NCBI RefSeq assembly: GCF_000237865.1
Contig: NC_017459.1
Location: forward strand, 450,001-482,000
Length of the DNA: 32,000 nt
Direction of reading: 5' to 3'
Source of the DNA: Haloquadratum walsbyi C23
GTDB lineage: Archaea; Halobacteriota; Halobacteria; Halobacteriales; Haloferacaceae
In this document: piece by piece, positions 8,810 to 17,618 of the stretch
Numbering within the stretch: the stretch's first letter is position 1
How the letters are laid out: each line of letters opens with the position of its first letter
Program-made: the position numbers and the translations under genes
Notes under the pieces: generated by a model
What the model was told of the DNA's origin: nothing
Seen by the model: the letters and a program-made list of their open reading frames with translations, nothing else
Database searches by the model: none

Positions 8810-8913
8810 TGATTAACGCAACTTTTTGATGAACTGATTCACTAATTCGATACGAGAGGACTATTCTGACTGATGTATGTCAGTTAAGCACCCACTTCTT
8901 CTGTGAATTACTG
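8810..8913 (+). mobile_element. ~105 bp non-autonomous element X, copy A
   Basis: Alignable end to end with 23340-23526 once the nested 78 bp insert is removed; I estimate about 80 percent identity by eye. It starts TGATTAAC after a TAG, has the internal hairpin CTGAC-N8-GTCAG and ends CTGTGAATTACTG. Confidence 0.5.
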
Positions 8914-9001
8914 TGCCCCCGAGGTACTTCACCATTGCTGGCGCAGGACACTACTCAAGATTGGCACGTTTGATCCTGCTTCTATCGCATCATTCGATAA
9001 G
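8914..9001 (+). repeat. repeat unit R, short version lacking the left palindrome arm
   Basis: CCCCCGAGGTACTTCACCATT... matches 2764-2783 and onward. The left half of the palindrome is replaced by element X. Confidence 0.5.
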
Positions 9002-9201
9002 TTGTGAGAAATCATCCGAAGAAACATTATCCATGTTCATATCCTTCGAAAATATCTGATAGAATAACTAAAAGATGTACAACACTCACAAGTATTGACG
9101 AATAATAGTGTGATTCGCTCACAAATCGAAACCACTAGTTACAACAGTATACCTGCATCTATCTCAGCGTTATTTGATCACGCGTATATATGGCAATTAA
9201 T

Positions 9202-9549
9202 TCACTCAGCATGACGAGGTTCGACTTCTGAGTCCGGCTCTGAATCTGATTCTGAATCTGATAGCGATGACGTTGAACCTGATTCACCACCGTCAGTGCT
9301 AGTCGCTGCCTTCGGAACAGCCTCTGTAAGCTGATATAAATTCTGTCGTGCGTCTGCAAAGTAGACGTCCTCATCCACAATATCAATATCTTCGAGTCGT
9401 TCAAGCGCGTAGCGGACCGTCCGCGCCGAAAGCATCGATTCTTCGACAATCCCCTTCTGCGTGAGGGGACCACTATATTCGAGCACTTTAAATACCAGCT
9501 TTGCACTCGGTGGGAGGTCATCAAGCCTCTCCTCCTCTCCCTTAGCCAT
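9202..9549 (-). CDS. winged-helix (MarR/TrmB-like) DNA-binding protein with an acidic SDSESDSEPDSE tail
   Basis: LPPSAKLVFKVLEYSGPLTQKGIVEESMLSARTVRYALERLEDIDIV is a typical wHTH pattern. Confidence 0.75.
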   Translation of the reverse strand: MAKGEEERLDDLPPSAKLVFKVLEYSGPLTQKGIVEESMLSARTVRYALERLEDIDIVDEDVYFADARQNLYQLTEAVPKAATSTDGGESGSTSSLSDSESDSEPDSEVEPRHAE

Positions 9550-9670
9550 TATACGATAACGAGGTAATGAATCGGCATAAACCTTCGCGAGTCGTGTGCA
9601 AAAAGCTCAGCATTGCTGTCGACACCTGTGGAACGAACGGCTTTTGACGTCCGATAGTAGATATAACTGT

Positions 9671-9985
9671 ATGGCTACGGAAACGGGTCGCAACCTGTCT
9701 GGTCACCTTCGAGGGATCACAGTGACGACGCTTGCCTGTCTTGCTGGCGTCGGCGCTGCGATTACATCTGGACAGGTTATTGGTACCAGCGTTGCTGCTG
9801 CTGGAAGTCAACAAACGCTAATATTGGTGGGTGCGTTTGTGCTACTTCAGTTCCCAGTGTTGAAACTCGCTGGTATTGATGTGAACGAATTCGGCGCGAA
9901 GGACCATCTTTATGTGGTGTTCATGACATTTACACTGTGGTTCATCACATTCAGCATTCTTTTGACTGAAGGAGTTACGCTGTAA
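9671..9985 (+). CDS. small integral membrane protein
   Basis: Three hydrophobic spans. ATG at 9671; the stop lies 4 nt before the ABCE1 start. Confidence 0.55.
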   Translation: MATETGRNLSGHLRGITVTTLACLAGVGAAITSGQVIGTSVAAAGSQQTLILVGAFVLLQFPVLKLAGIDVNEFGAKDHLYVVFMTFTLWFITFSILLTEGVTL

Positions 9986-9989
9986 ATCA

Positions 9990-11837
9990 ATGGCGGACGA
10001 TAGCATTGCTGTTGTTGATCTTGATCGATGTCAACCTGATCGTTGTAATTACGAGTGTGCAAACTACTGTCCGCCGAATCGAACGGGTAAAGAATGTATT
10101 GTTACCCGTAGTGATTATTACGACGATGATGAACCATTCGACGGAGACCCAAATCAAATTCGCATTTCAGAGGAGGTTTGTCTTGGTGAGAGCTGTGGTA
10201 TTTGCGTTGAGAAATGTCCCTTTGACGCCATCGAGATAATTAATCTTCCAGTTGAACTTGAGGACGATCCCGTTCATCGGTACGGTGAAAATGCGTTTGC
10301 GCTCTATGGATTACCGGTTCCTGACCCTGGTACAGTAACAGGTATTCTCGGACCGAATGGAATTGGCAAGACGACCGCTGTTCGTGCGCTTGCCGGTGAG
10401 TTAGTTCCAAATCTTGGTGAGTATACCGCAGAAGCAGCTGAGACGGCAACATGGGATGCTGTTCTTGATCGATATCGTGGAACGAAGCTACAAACATATA
10501 TCGAGCGAATACGCTCTGATGATATTTCTATTGCGCAAAAGCCACAATATGTAGATCAAATCCCCGGACAGTTTGACGGAACAACCGGTGAACTGCTTGA
10601 ATCAACAGATGAACGGGGTGCGCTTGATTCATATATTGATCGTCTTGACATTCGTCCGGTTATTGATCAACCATTATCCACATTATCTGGAGGTGAACTT
10701 CAGCGCGTTGCACTTGCAGCAACACTTGCTCGTGACCGTGACTTCTATTTCCTTGATGAAGTCTCACCGTATCTTGATATCGGTCAACGTGTGACTGCTG
10801 CTCGATTAATTCGTGAACTTGCCGAGGATGCTAATCGTGCTGTCTTAGTCGTTGAACATGACCTTGCAATCCTTGATTTACTTGCAGATTCATTACATGT
10901 TGCTTACGGTGAACCCGGTGCCTTCGGTGTTATTACCGACCCGAAGTCTGTTCGTAATGGGATTAATGAGTATCTCAAGGGATTCCTCTCAAATGAGAAC
11001 ATGCGGATTCGTCCAGATAAAATTGAATTTCAGGAACACGCCCCACGCAAAACAGCGAAATCGACACCACTTATTGAGTATCCAGCAATATCAAAGTCAT
11101 ATGGCACTGATGAGTTTTCACTTGAGGTTGAATCTGGCACAATCTATGAGTCGGAGGTTCTTGGTGTGGTGGGACCAAATGGAATCGGGAAATCAACGCT
11201 TGCGAAATTATTCACTGGTGCACTTGAATCGGATCCGGACAGTCAATCACTCTCATTCCAGCTTGATATCGCATACAAACCGCAGTATATCGAAATAGAT
11301 CAACCGATGCGTGTTGATGCATTCCTCTCATCAATCACAAATGATTTTGGTACCTCATATTGGAAAACCGAGATTTCACAACCACTGCAATTAGAGCAGA
11401 TTATGGAACGTAATCTTGATGACCTCTCTGGCGGTGAGAGACAGCGTGTCGCTATTGCAGCATGTCTATCTGATGATGCTGACCTGTATGTCATGGATGA
11501 ACCATCCGCGCATCTCGATGTTGAGCAGCGAGTTCAAGCAACATCGGCCATCCGGCGCTATGCTGAGAATAATGACGAAACCGTCCTTGTTATTGATCAC
11601 GATATTTACATGATTGATTTACTTGCCGATCGATTAATGGTATTTGACGGTCAGCCCTCGGAGTATGGACATGCAAGTGCTCCACAGGAAATGCGTGCAG
11701 GAATGAATGACTTCCTTTCGGATCTTGATATTACCTTCCGCCGCGATGAACGAACACAGCGCCCACGAATTAATAAACCAGGATCCCAGTTAGATCGAAG
11801 ACAAAAACAACAAGGCGAGTACTACTACGCCCCATAA
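9990..11837 (+). CDS. abce1: ABCE1 / RNase L inhibitor-type ribosome recycling ATPase
   Basis: N-terminal Fe-S cysteines (CQPDRCNYECANYCP, CGICVEKCP), two Walker A motifs (GPNGIGKTT, GPNGIGKST) and two signatures (LSGGELQR, LSGGERQR). Confidence 0.95.
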   Translation: MADDSIAVVDLDRCQPDRCNYECANYCPPNRTGKECIVTRSDYYDDDEPFDGDPNQIRISEEVCLGESCGICVEKCPFDAIEIINLPVELEDDPVHRYGENAFALYGLPVPDPGTVTGILGPNGIGKTTAVRALAGELVPNLGEYTAEAAETATWDAVLDRYRGTKLQTYIERIRSDDISIAQKPQYVDQIPGQFDGTTGELLESTDERGALDSYIDRLDIRPVIDQPLSTLSGGELQRVALAATLARDRDFYFLDEVSPYLDIGQRVTAARLIRELAEDANRAVLVVEHDLAILDLLADSLHVAYGEPGAFGVITDPKSVRNGINEYLKGFLSNENMRIRPDKIEFQEHAPRKTAKSTPLIEYPAISKSYGTDEFSLEVESGTIYESEVLGVVGPNGIGKSTLAKLFTGALESDPDSQSLSFQLDIAYKPQYIEIDQPMRVDAFLSSITNDFGTSYWKTEISQPLQLEQIMERNLDDLSGGERQRVAIAACLSDDADLYVMDEPSAHLDVEQRVQATSAIRRYAENNDETVLVIDHDIYMIDLLADRLMVFDGQPSEYGHASAPQEMRAGMNDFLSDLDITFRRDERTQRPRINKPGSQLDRRQKQQGEYYYAP

Positions 11838-12133
11838 TGCCTTCTCTGTATTAGAAATCGATTAACTGAGTTAATTTATGGGTGGGTAGCTCAAAGGTCT
11901 AAGCATCAGACCGAGAAGAATAGCAATTAGCTCATTATTGCTCTTCAAATAACTATTCTATACTACATGGCATAGTACCAGAGGCGATACTCGAGAATAT
12001 AAATGGAATATATCTGGACTAACACGGGGCTGATTAATAATTTGATTTATATGTCGGTGTATTATTATACTATAGAGTATCTATCATTTCTCGAAATAAA
12101 CATATTAGACTAAAGTAAATATAAAAAATAGAT

Positions 12134-12595
12134 ATGATGAATTATCTTGTCGCCGTTGATGGTTCTGAGTCCAGTATGGATGCAATTGAACATGCTGTCG
12201 ATCTTATCACGCAGACTGGCGGTTCATTATTGATCGTGCATGCCGTCGAGGCACGAGTCCTTGTTGATGATGCTGAAAGTGTGGGAGCAGCCCCAACGAA
12301 TACTGAAGTGGGCGATCGGATATACACAGAGGATATTACTGACGCCGAAGCGCGTGGTAAATCAGTATTAGCAGATGCCGAAGAAACAATTGAGGTTGGC
12401 GATGACGTTGATATTGAGACCACGCTGCTGTATGGTGACCCTGTTGAGTGTATCAGTAGTCATGCAACTGAGATTGCTGTCGATGGCATTATTGTTGGTC
12501 ACCGGTCGCTCTCAGGACGCGTCGAAGGTCTTGTCGGGAGTGTTGCAAAAGGACTCGTGGAGCGTGCCTCTGTACCTGTCACCGTTGTCAAATGA
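12134..12595 (+). CDS. universal stress protein (UspA family)
   Basis: YLVAVDGSESS...IVHAV...GHRSLSGRVEGLVGSVAKGLVERASVPVTVV. Confidence 0.85.
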   Translation: MMNYLVAVDGSESSMDAIEHAVDLITQTGGSLLIVHAVEARVLVDDAESVGAAPTNTEVGDRIYTEDITDAEARGKSVLADAEETIEVGDDVDIETTLLYGDPVECISSHATEIAVDGIIVGHRSLSGRVEGLVGSVAKGLVERASVPVTVVK

Positions 12596-12689
12596 CTATC
12601 CGGTATGATCTGAGGTATCATTGGGAAACGAGTCTTAGATGGGATATTGAATATATGCGTCGCATGAGTCTGAATAATAGCATCAATCA

Positions 12690-13258
12690 CTCGCACACGT
12701 CTACGAGCGATTGAACAACCGCCGCACGGCGGTAGGACTATCGTGAGAAGCTTGCGCACTGGTACACACGAGAGTGCGACGCGGTATTCCTCGAAGACTT
12801 GGACGTGGTCTCAATGATGGGACAGGAACAGCCGCAATATTGCTGCAATGTCGTGGTATCAGACAATCAAAACCTTTGAGCGCCACGGCGAGAGGAATGG
12901 ATGCCGCGTCGTACTCGTTAACCCTGAGAGAACGACCAAACAGTGCGCTAACTGTGGCGTCGGAACTGAGAAGCCACCCTGGGTTCGTGAGCATTCCCGT
13001 CCGAGCTGTGGGTTCACGACTGACCGCGACCACAACGCGTCGCTGGAAACCCATCAGCGTGGGTTAGAGAAACTGGGAGTGGTGATTGAGCAGTCAGAGT
13101 TAGGGCTGAGACAGTCCGAATTAATGTCTGTAGAGACTGGTGTCACTGCGAGCAGGCGTCGTCGGGACGCACTGCTTGCAAACACCGTCGTAGAAGCAGA
13201 AAATTCAAACCCAGAAGTTGGAAGCCCTACCCTCACCGAAGCCGCCTCTGGTGGCTGA
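12690..13258 (+). pseudogene. tnpB: 5'-truncated, frameshifted tnpB (IS200/IS605 family, IS1341-type)
   Basis: Fragments HVYERLNNRR / REKLAHWYTRECDAVFLEDLD (RuvC Glu region) / RVVLVNPERTTKQCANCGVGTEKPPWVREHSRPSCGFTTDRDHNASL lie in different frames. The second zinc-finger Cys is mutated to Arg. Only the C-terminal ~190 codons of the gene are present. Confidence 0.8.
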
Positions 13259-13278
13259 GTAGAGTGGGGTAGTTCACC
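13221..13278 (+). repeat. tnpB 3'-end/right-end module (omega-RNA-scaffold-like)
   Basis: Helices CCCTAC(13225-30)/GTGGGG(13264-69), CTCA(13232-35)/TGAG(13256-59), and the hairpin GCCGCC-TCT-GGTGGC(13241-55). It ends 1-2 nt before the amzA stop. Confidence 0.5.
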
Positions 13279-13279
13279 G

Positions 13280-13807
13280 TTAGTATAACAGTCGATTACA
13301 ACTTCCGCAAAGATTCTCTTCTTTTACATCGACCTCACGAACGGTCGGCGAGAATGACATCACACATTTGCTGTTATCACAGTGTTCTAATCCGAATGTA
13401 TGACCGATTTCATGTACAACCTCCTTTCGGATACGGTCTGCAAACACTGCATCTGGTGATTTAGACTTGAGTCCACCATCAGACGATGTTTGAAGTCGAT
13501 ATGTTGAGATAACCGACCCATTACCATTGAGATATGCAAGTCCAAACACGTAATTTCGGCGGCGATAATAAAGATCTTCAGCAGTAATACCAATGTTTTT
13601 TTCACCACTTCCAATACGACTCGCTAATTCAATGAACTGCTCGGCACGGTACTGGCTCCGACTATGGTCGAACGCGCCGTCAGGGATTGATTGCTCTTCA
13701 TGTACTGTTACGTCGCACTCATAGACGCCTCGCAGCGCTGCGGATGCTTCCCGCTTTACTTGCGCTGGAAGGTCCCCGATTGGCACGATGTCGACAAGCA
13801 TAGACAT
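13280..13807 (-). CDS. amzA: archaemetzincin (M54 zinc peptidase)
   Basis: HEIGHTFGLEHC...CVM...CGSC signature. The start is taken at MSMLVDIVPIGD. Confidence 0.9.
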   Translation of the reverse strand: MSMLVDIVPIGDLPAQVKREASAALRGVYECDVTVHEEQSIPDGAFDHSRSQYRAEQFIELASRIGSGEKNIGITAEDLYYRRRNYVFGLAYLNGNGSVISTYRLQTSSDGGLKSKSPDAVFADRIRKEVVHEIGHTFGLEHCDNSKCVMSFSPTVREVDVKEENLCGSCNRLLY

Positions 13808-13840
13808 GATTAAGTACGGTGGTATGATAAATATCCCGCC

Positions 13841-14254
13841 GTGCATTCACTGGCACAAGACGCTCTCGTTGAGCGGTTTTCATCATATACATCTGCTGTT
13901 GAGGTCGGCATTGGAAATCGACCAGCTGTCGCTGCCGCATTGGTCTCATGTGGTGTTGATATCGTAGCTACTGATATTGTCTCGTGTCCAGTTCCACCCA
14001 CGGTGACATTTGCTTATGATGATATCGTCACTACAAGTGAACAGCGTGCTCCAGACTCGGTCTACGATGTTGAGTTGGTATATGCATTAAATCTCCCACC
14101 AGAACTACATCGACCATTTCGAGATGTTGCCGATACCGTCGGGGCAGACTGCCGACTTACGACGCTTGGATATGATGCTCCGATTGTTCCTTGTCATCCG
14201 GTTTCACTTCCTGGTGGAGAAACGCTGTATATTGTTGAGTCGGAATCTAGCTAA
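13841..14254 (+). CDS. UPF0146-family protein (Rossmann/methyltransferase-like)
   Basis: VEVGIGNRPAVAAALVSCGVDIVATDI glycine-rich loop. GTG start. It is adjacent to archaemetzincin, a pairing seen in other archaea. Confidence 0.65.
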   Translation: MHSLAQDALVERFSSYTSAVEVGIGNRPAVAAALVSCGVDIVATDIVSCPVPPTVTFAYDDIVTTSEQRAPDSVYDVELVYALNLPPELHRPFRDVADTVGADCRLTTLGYDAPIVPCHPVSLPGGETLYIVESESS

Positions 14255-14390
14255 TCACAATAATAATTAAACAGACTAACATCGGTGTTAGCTGGATAGT
14301 GCTCGATTCTAGCATAGTCAACTCCAATATGATCACTAATTAAAACTTGGAACAAACAGCGCTAAGTCCACCGCTCATACGAATTATAGT

Positions 14391-15254
14391 ATGGATGCAG
14401 ACGCGGTTGTACTCGATATTGATGGTGTTCTTATCGACGTCTCACAGTCATATCGGCGAGCAATCGTTGATACTGTTGATCGATGTTATAATCAAACAAT
14501 CAAGCGGACAGACATACAGGAGTTCAAAAATGCTGGTGGATTCAATAACGACTGGGATGTGACCAATGCTGTTGCGTTATATATCCTCACAACACGTCAT
14601 GAATCGGTTAGTGTCGACCAATTTACTACCCAAATTGCTGCTCATGGTGGTGGGCTTGAATCAGCACTGACCGTTGTTGATAATTATCTGAGTACTGTTG
14701 ACTACGAAATGGTATTGGATGCATGGAACAGCGACCGTCTCCGTGATATGTTTCAGGCACTCTATCTCGGGAGTGAGCGATATCGTGAACTCGAAGACGG
14801 CGAGCCACCTATTGACACACAGGGATATATTACCGATGAGCCTGTCATCATTGAGACTGAAACGGTAGACCTGCTTCGAGAAACGACTAAAATCGGCATT
14901 CTCACTGGTCGCCCAGCGGCTGAAGCCTCAATCGCGCTTGATCGCGTGCAGTTTTCAATCCCCTCATCACATCAATTTACTATGGACGACTGGGAGGAAG
15001 GGAAACCACATCCACGGGCATTGCAGATGCTCGCAGATCGACTTGAAGCAAATACAATTGTTTTCGTCGGAGATACTCTTGATGATATTAAAACAGCTGT
15101 TAACGCTAATATGGCTGATAGTAGTCGGACATATCATGGAGTTGGAGTTCTCACCGGTGGACTTAGTGGCGATGCTGGGCGAGATGCATTTATCTCTGTT
15201 GGCGCACATACTGTCATCGACTCAGTGAATGATATCTCCGATCTCGTTCAATGA
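14391..15254 (+). CDS. HAD-superfamily hydrolase
   Basis: Motif I VLDIDGVL, a GGFNNDWD cap region, and motif IV FVGDTLDD. Confidence 0.85.
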   Translation: MDADAVVLDIDGVLIDVSQSYRRAIVDTVDRCYNQTIKRTDIQEFKNAGGFNNDWDVTNAVALYILTTRHESVSVDQFTTQIAAHGGGLESALTVVDNYLSTVDYEMVLDAWNSDRLRDMFQALYLGSERYRELEDGEPPIDTQGYITDEPVIIETETVDLLRETTKIGILTGRPAAEASIALDRVQFSIPSSHQFTMDDWEEGKPHPRALQMLADRLEANTIVFVGDTLDDIKTAVNANMADSSRTYHGVGVLTGGLSGDAGRDAFISVGAHTVIDSVNDISDLVQ

Positions 15255-15424
15255 GAGTTGATATATACTGTATTTATCCCTGAATATTCCGAGTGGATTC
15301 AAAATTATTGATGATTTATTTGATCAAATAATCATAGGATGGCTTGGTCTTCGCACTGATATTATGATGATTCATGCTTATAATTTCTCTGAGGTATTCC
15401 AGCGTTGAATGAAGACGCTTACTG

Positions 15425-15545
15425 GAAGACTACGAATCGAGTCCTAGTTCTGGTCAAGATCCTTCAGTTACAAAATAACGTCTAAGCTCCTTCTTCAAGA
15501 AAGCCGCGTCAGCGGTTGAGTAGAGCGGGGTAATTCATTATACCC
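15425..15545 (+). repeat. orphan tnpB 3'-end/right-end module (no tnpB body)
   Basis: ...SSFFKKAASAVE* parallels SPTLTEAASGG* at 13225-13258. TTGAGTAGAGCGGGGTAA parallels CTGAGTAGAGTGGGGTAG. The hairpin is GCCGC-GTCA-GCGGT(15503-16). Confidence 0.5.
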
Positions 15546-15558
15546 GTCGACAAGAAGA

Positions 15559-16197
15559 TCAGTTATTAGGGTATTTTAATTTACGACGCTCAGCACGCAT
15601 AAGCGCGCGTTCAATAATAGTTTTGACACTATCTATAGTATCATCTTCAGGTGATCCATAATAGACGTCACCATGTCCTGCATATAACTCATTAACAGTC
15701 TGTGGGAGTCGTTCAAGCAGTCGCTGTAAGCTTGTGATGAGTCGCTCACGCGATTGACCAGTCATATCCGTTCGTCCAAAACTCCCGTCATCAAAAGCAC
15801 CATCATTGTATACGACGACATCGCCACTGAAGACGCGCGTATTACCGACAAATGCAACATGATCTGATGCATGACCAGGTGTGTAAACAACCTCAAATGG
15901 CTCATCCCCAATTTCAACAGTATCACTATCTTCGAGAGTGCTATCCCGACGAGGGTGATCACTGTACGCATATAGCTCTGCATCAAATTTATTAAGGATG
16001 GAATCAAGCTTAGCCACATGATCGGTATGCTGATGTGTTAAATAAACAGCTTCAAGATCATCTACGATATTATCGATGATATCGACGGCTCCAGGCATTG
16101 CACCAGCGTCAATTAAGACCGGTCGGTCGCCGGAGACAAGATATGCATTGCATGTGAATACCTCAGCGTCTGCTGTAATTGCGTGTACATCCGTCAT
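15559..16197 (-). CDS. MBL-fold metallo-hydrolase
   Basis: THQHTDHV (HxHxDH), a downstream GH..DH, and the typical ~210 aa size. Confidence 0.88.
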   Translation of the reverse strand: MTDVHAITADAEVFTCNAYLVSGDRPVLIDAGAMPGAVDIIDNIVDDLEAVYLTHQHTDHVAKLDSILNKFDAELYAYSDHPRRDSTLEDSDTVEIGDEPFEVVYTPGHASDHVAFVGNTRVFSGDVVVYNDGAFDDGSFGRTDMTGQSRERLITSLQRLLERLPQTVNELYAGHGDVYYGSPEDDTIDSVKTIIERALMRAERRKLKYPNN

Positions 16198-16598
16198 ATA
16201 TCCTCATTTGAGCGGAGATGTTGTTCAGTCTTCGGCTTGGTCTCCTTGCTTTCAGTATGCGTGAGCCATCTTGTCTCTAATTTTGATATTCATCATAATC
16301 GAGTATGACCCTAGACCCTATTTGTCTATGAATGCAAGCGTCGAGACCATCACGTCCCGTGATTTCCATGACCAGGACCATGACCAGAACGGGAGACAAC
16401 CGCTATCGATCATCCGGGCTGTAATATATAATATATCATAAGATATGTTGAAGAGTTCATATATGTACAGTTATTCTATGTGGGGTCTCGATAGTATATC
16501 ATATATCTGAGTAAATCAACACATGGTTGTATACACAGCGAATCAATCACGAGACTCTGCGGTCCATTTTTATATCTTCATATTATATTATTTAATGT

Positions 16599-16775
16599 AT
16601 GGGATTCGGGAGCTACGACGAGTCCGAGCAAGAAAATCAAGATTTCGAGACTGATCTCGAGGATGACGATGGTGTCTCGACCTCCCAGTCAGATCACAGT
16701 GGTGAGGTCGAATATGAGATTGGTGCCTCGAATGATGAGCTGCTCAATCGTCTCAAGGATATTAAAGATAATTAA
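16599..16775 (+). CDS. small acidic conserved haloarchaeal protein (58 aa, below the track cutoff)
   Basis: MGFGSYDESEQENQDFETDLEDDDG...NDELLNRLKDIKDN. This N-terminal pattern is one I recognise from haloarchaeal small proteins. A TATA-like TTTATATC sits ~27 nt upstream. Confidence 0.55.
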   Translation: MGFGSYDESEQENQDFETDLEDDDGVSTSQSDHSGEVEYEIGASNDELLNRLKDIKDN

Positions 16776-16949
16776 TTGGCAGTTGGAAGTATAGACATAC
16801 GAACCACACTAACGGGGAACACTCGGCACAGTCCACCTTCTTTATTTATTATTGATCGATGAATATACGTAATATATGTTCTTAGTGTTCGTACTACTAT
16901 CAGCGAATATATTATCGAAAGTAGATATATCAAGTAGTTAGACACGTAT

Positions 16950-17543
16950 ATGACGAGTATTAAGCCTGGAACACGCGCACTCGGCATTGCTGAATCGACT
17001 GCTGAACATACAAATAAATGCGTCATCGGTGGTGCGGTCGTCCGCCGGGACCGTGTTACAGACGGGTTTGCATTTTCCAGCGCTACAGTCGGGGGCGTTG
17101 ATGCGACATCGGCAATGCAGACAATAATTACTGAACTCTGTCGTCCGGATATTCAGTATGTCTTACTTTCCGGAGTCGCCCCAGCGTGGTTCAATCTTAT
17201 TGATATTTTCTCACTTGCACACGCAGCGGAGTGTCCAGTGATTGCAGTCTCCTATGAGCAGAGCACTGGACTTGAATCAGCACTACGGAAGCATTTTGAG
17301 GATAATGCGCTGGAGCGACGATTAACGCAATATGAAAAACTCCCAGACCGTGAGCAGTTGACAATAGCAGCAGATAGCTCTGAGAATAATAGAAATGATG
17401 ACAATACGTTATTCTTTAGAGCGGTCAATATCGACGTGTCAACGGCTAAGACGGTTATCCGGGCGTACACACCGGTTGGAGGTCGTCCTGAACCAGTTCG
17501 TGTTGCCCGACTTGCTGCTCGAGGCGCTCGACAGTGGAGTTAA
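16950..17543 (+). CDS. DUF99/UPF0215 family protein (endonuclease V-like fold)
   Basis: RALGIAES...GGAVVRRDRVTDG...VGGVDAT...L.G...A.FN layout, at the family-typical ~195 aa. Confidence 0.75.
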   Translation: MTSIKPGTRALGIAESTAEHTNKCVIGGAVVRRDRVTDGFAFSSATVGGVDATSAMQTIITELCRPDIQYVLLSGVAPAWFNLIDIFSLAHAAECPVIAVSYEQSTGLESALRKHFEDNALERRLTQYEKLPDREQLTIAADSSENNRNDDNTLFFRAVNIDVSTAKTVIRAYTPVGGRPEPVRVARLAARGARQWS

Positions 17544-17618
17544 TAAGATAATTCATGTTTATGAAGTCACTCATCGACTGACCGTTATGTGTAAATTTCT
17601 ACCGTTCAGGTCTGTAGT

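Noticed and set aside
8824-8870. C/D box sRNA inside element X (TGATGA at 8827, CTGA motifs at 8834 and 8866)
   Set aside because: Box spacing does not give 10-12 nt guides. The C box is not conserved in copy B (TGTGTGA).
16328-16438. 36 aa ORF MNASVETITSRDFHDQDHDQNGRQ... in the spacer upstream of the small acidic protein gene
   Set aside because: It is too short, has no recognisable family or promoter spacing, and contains a degenerate microsatellite.
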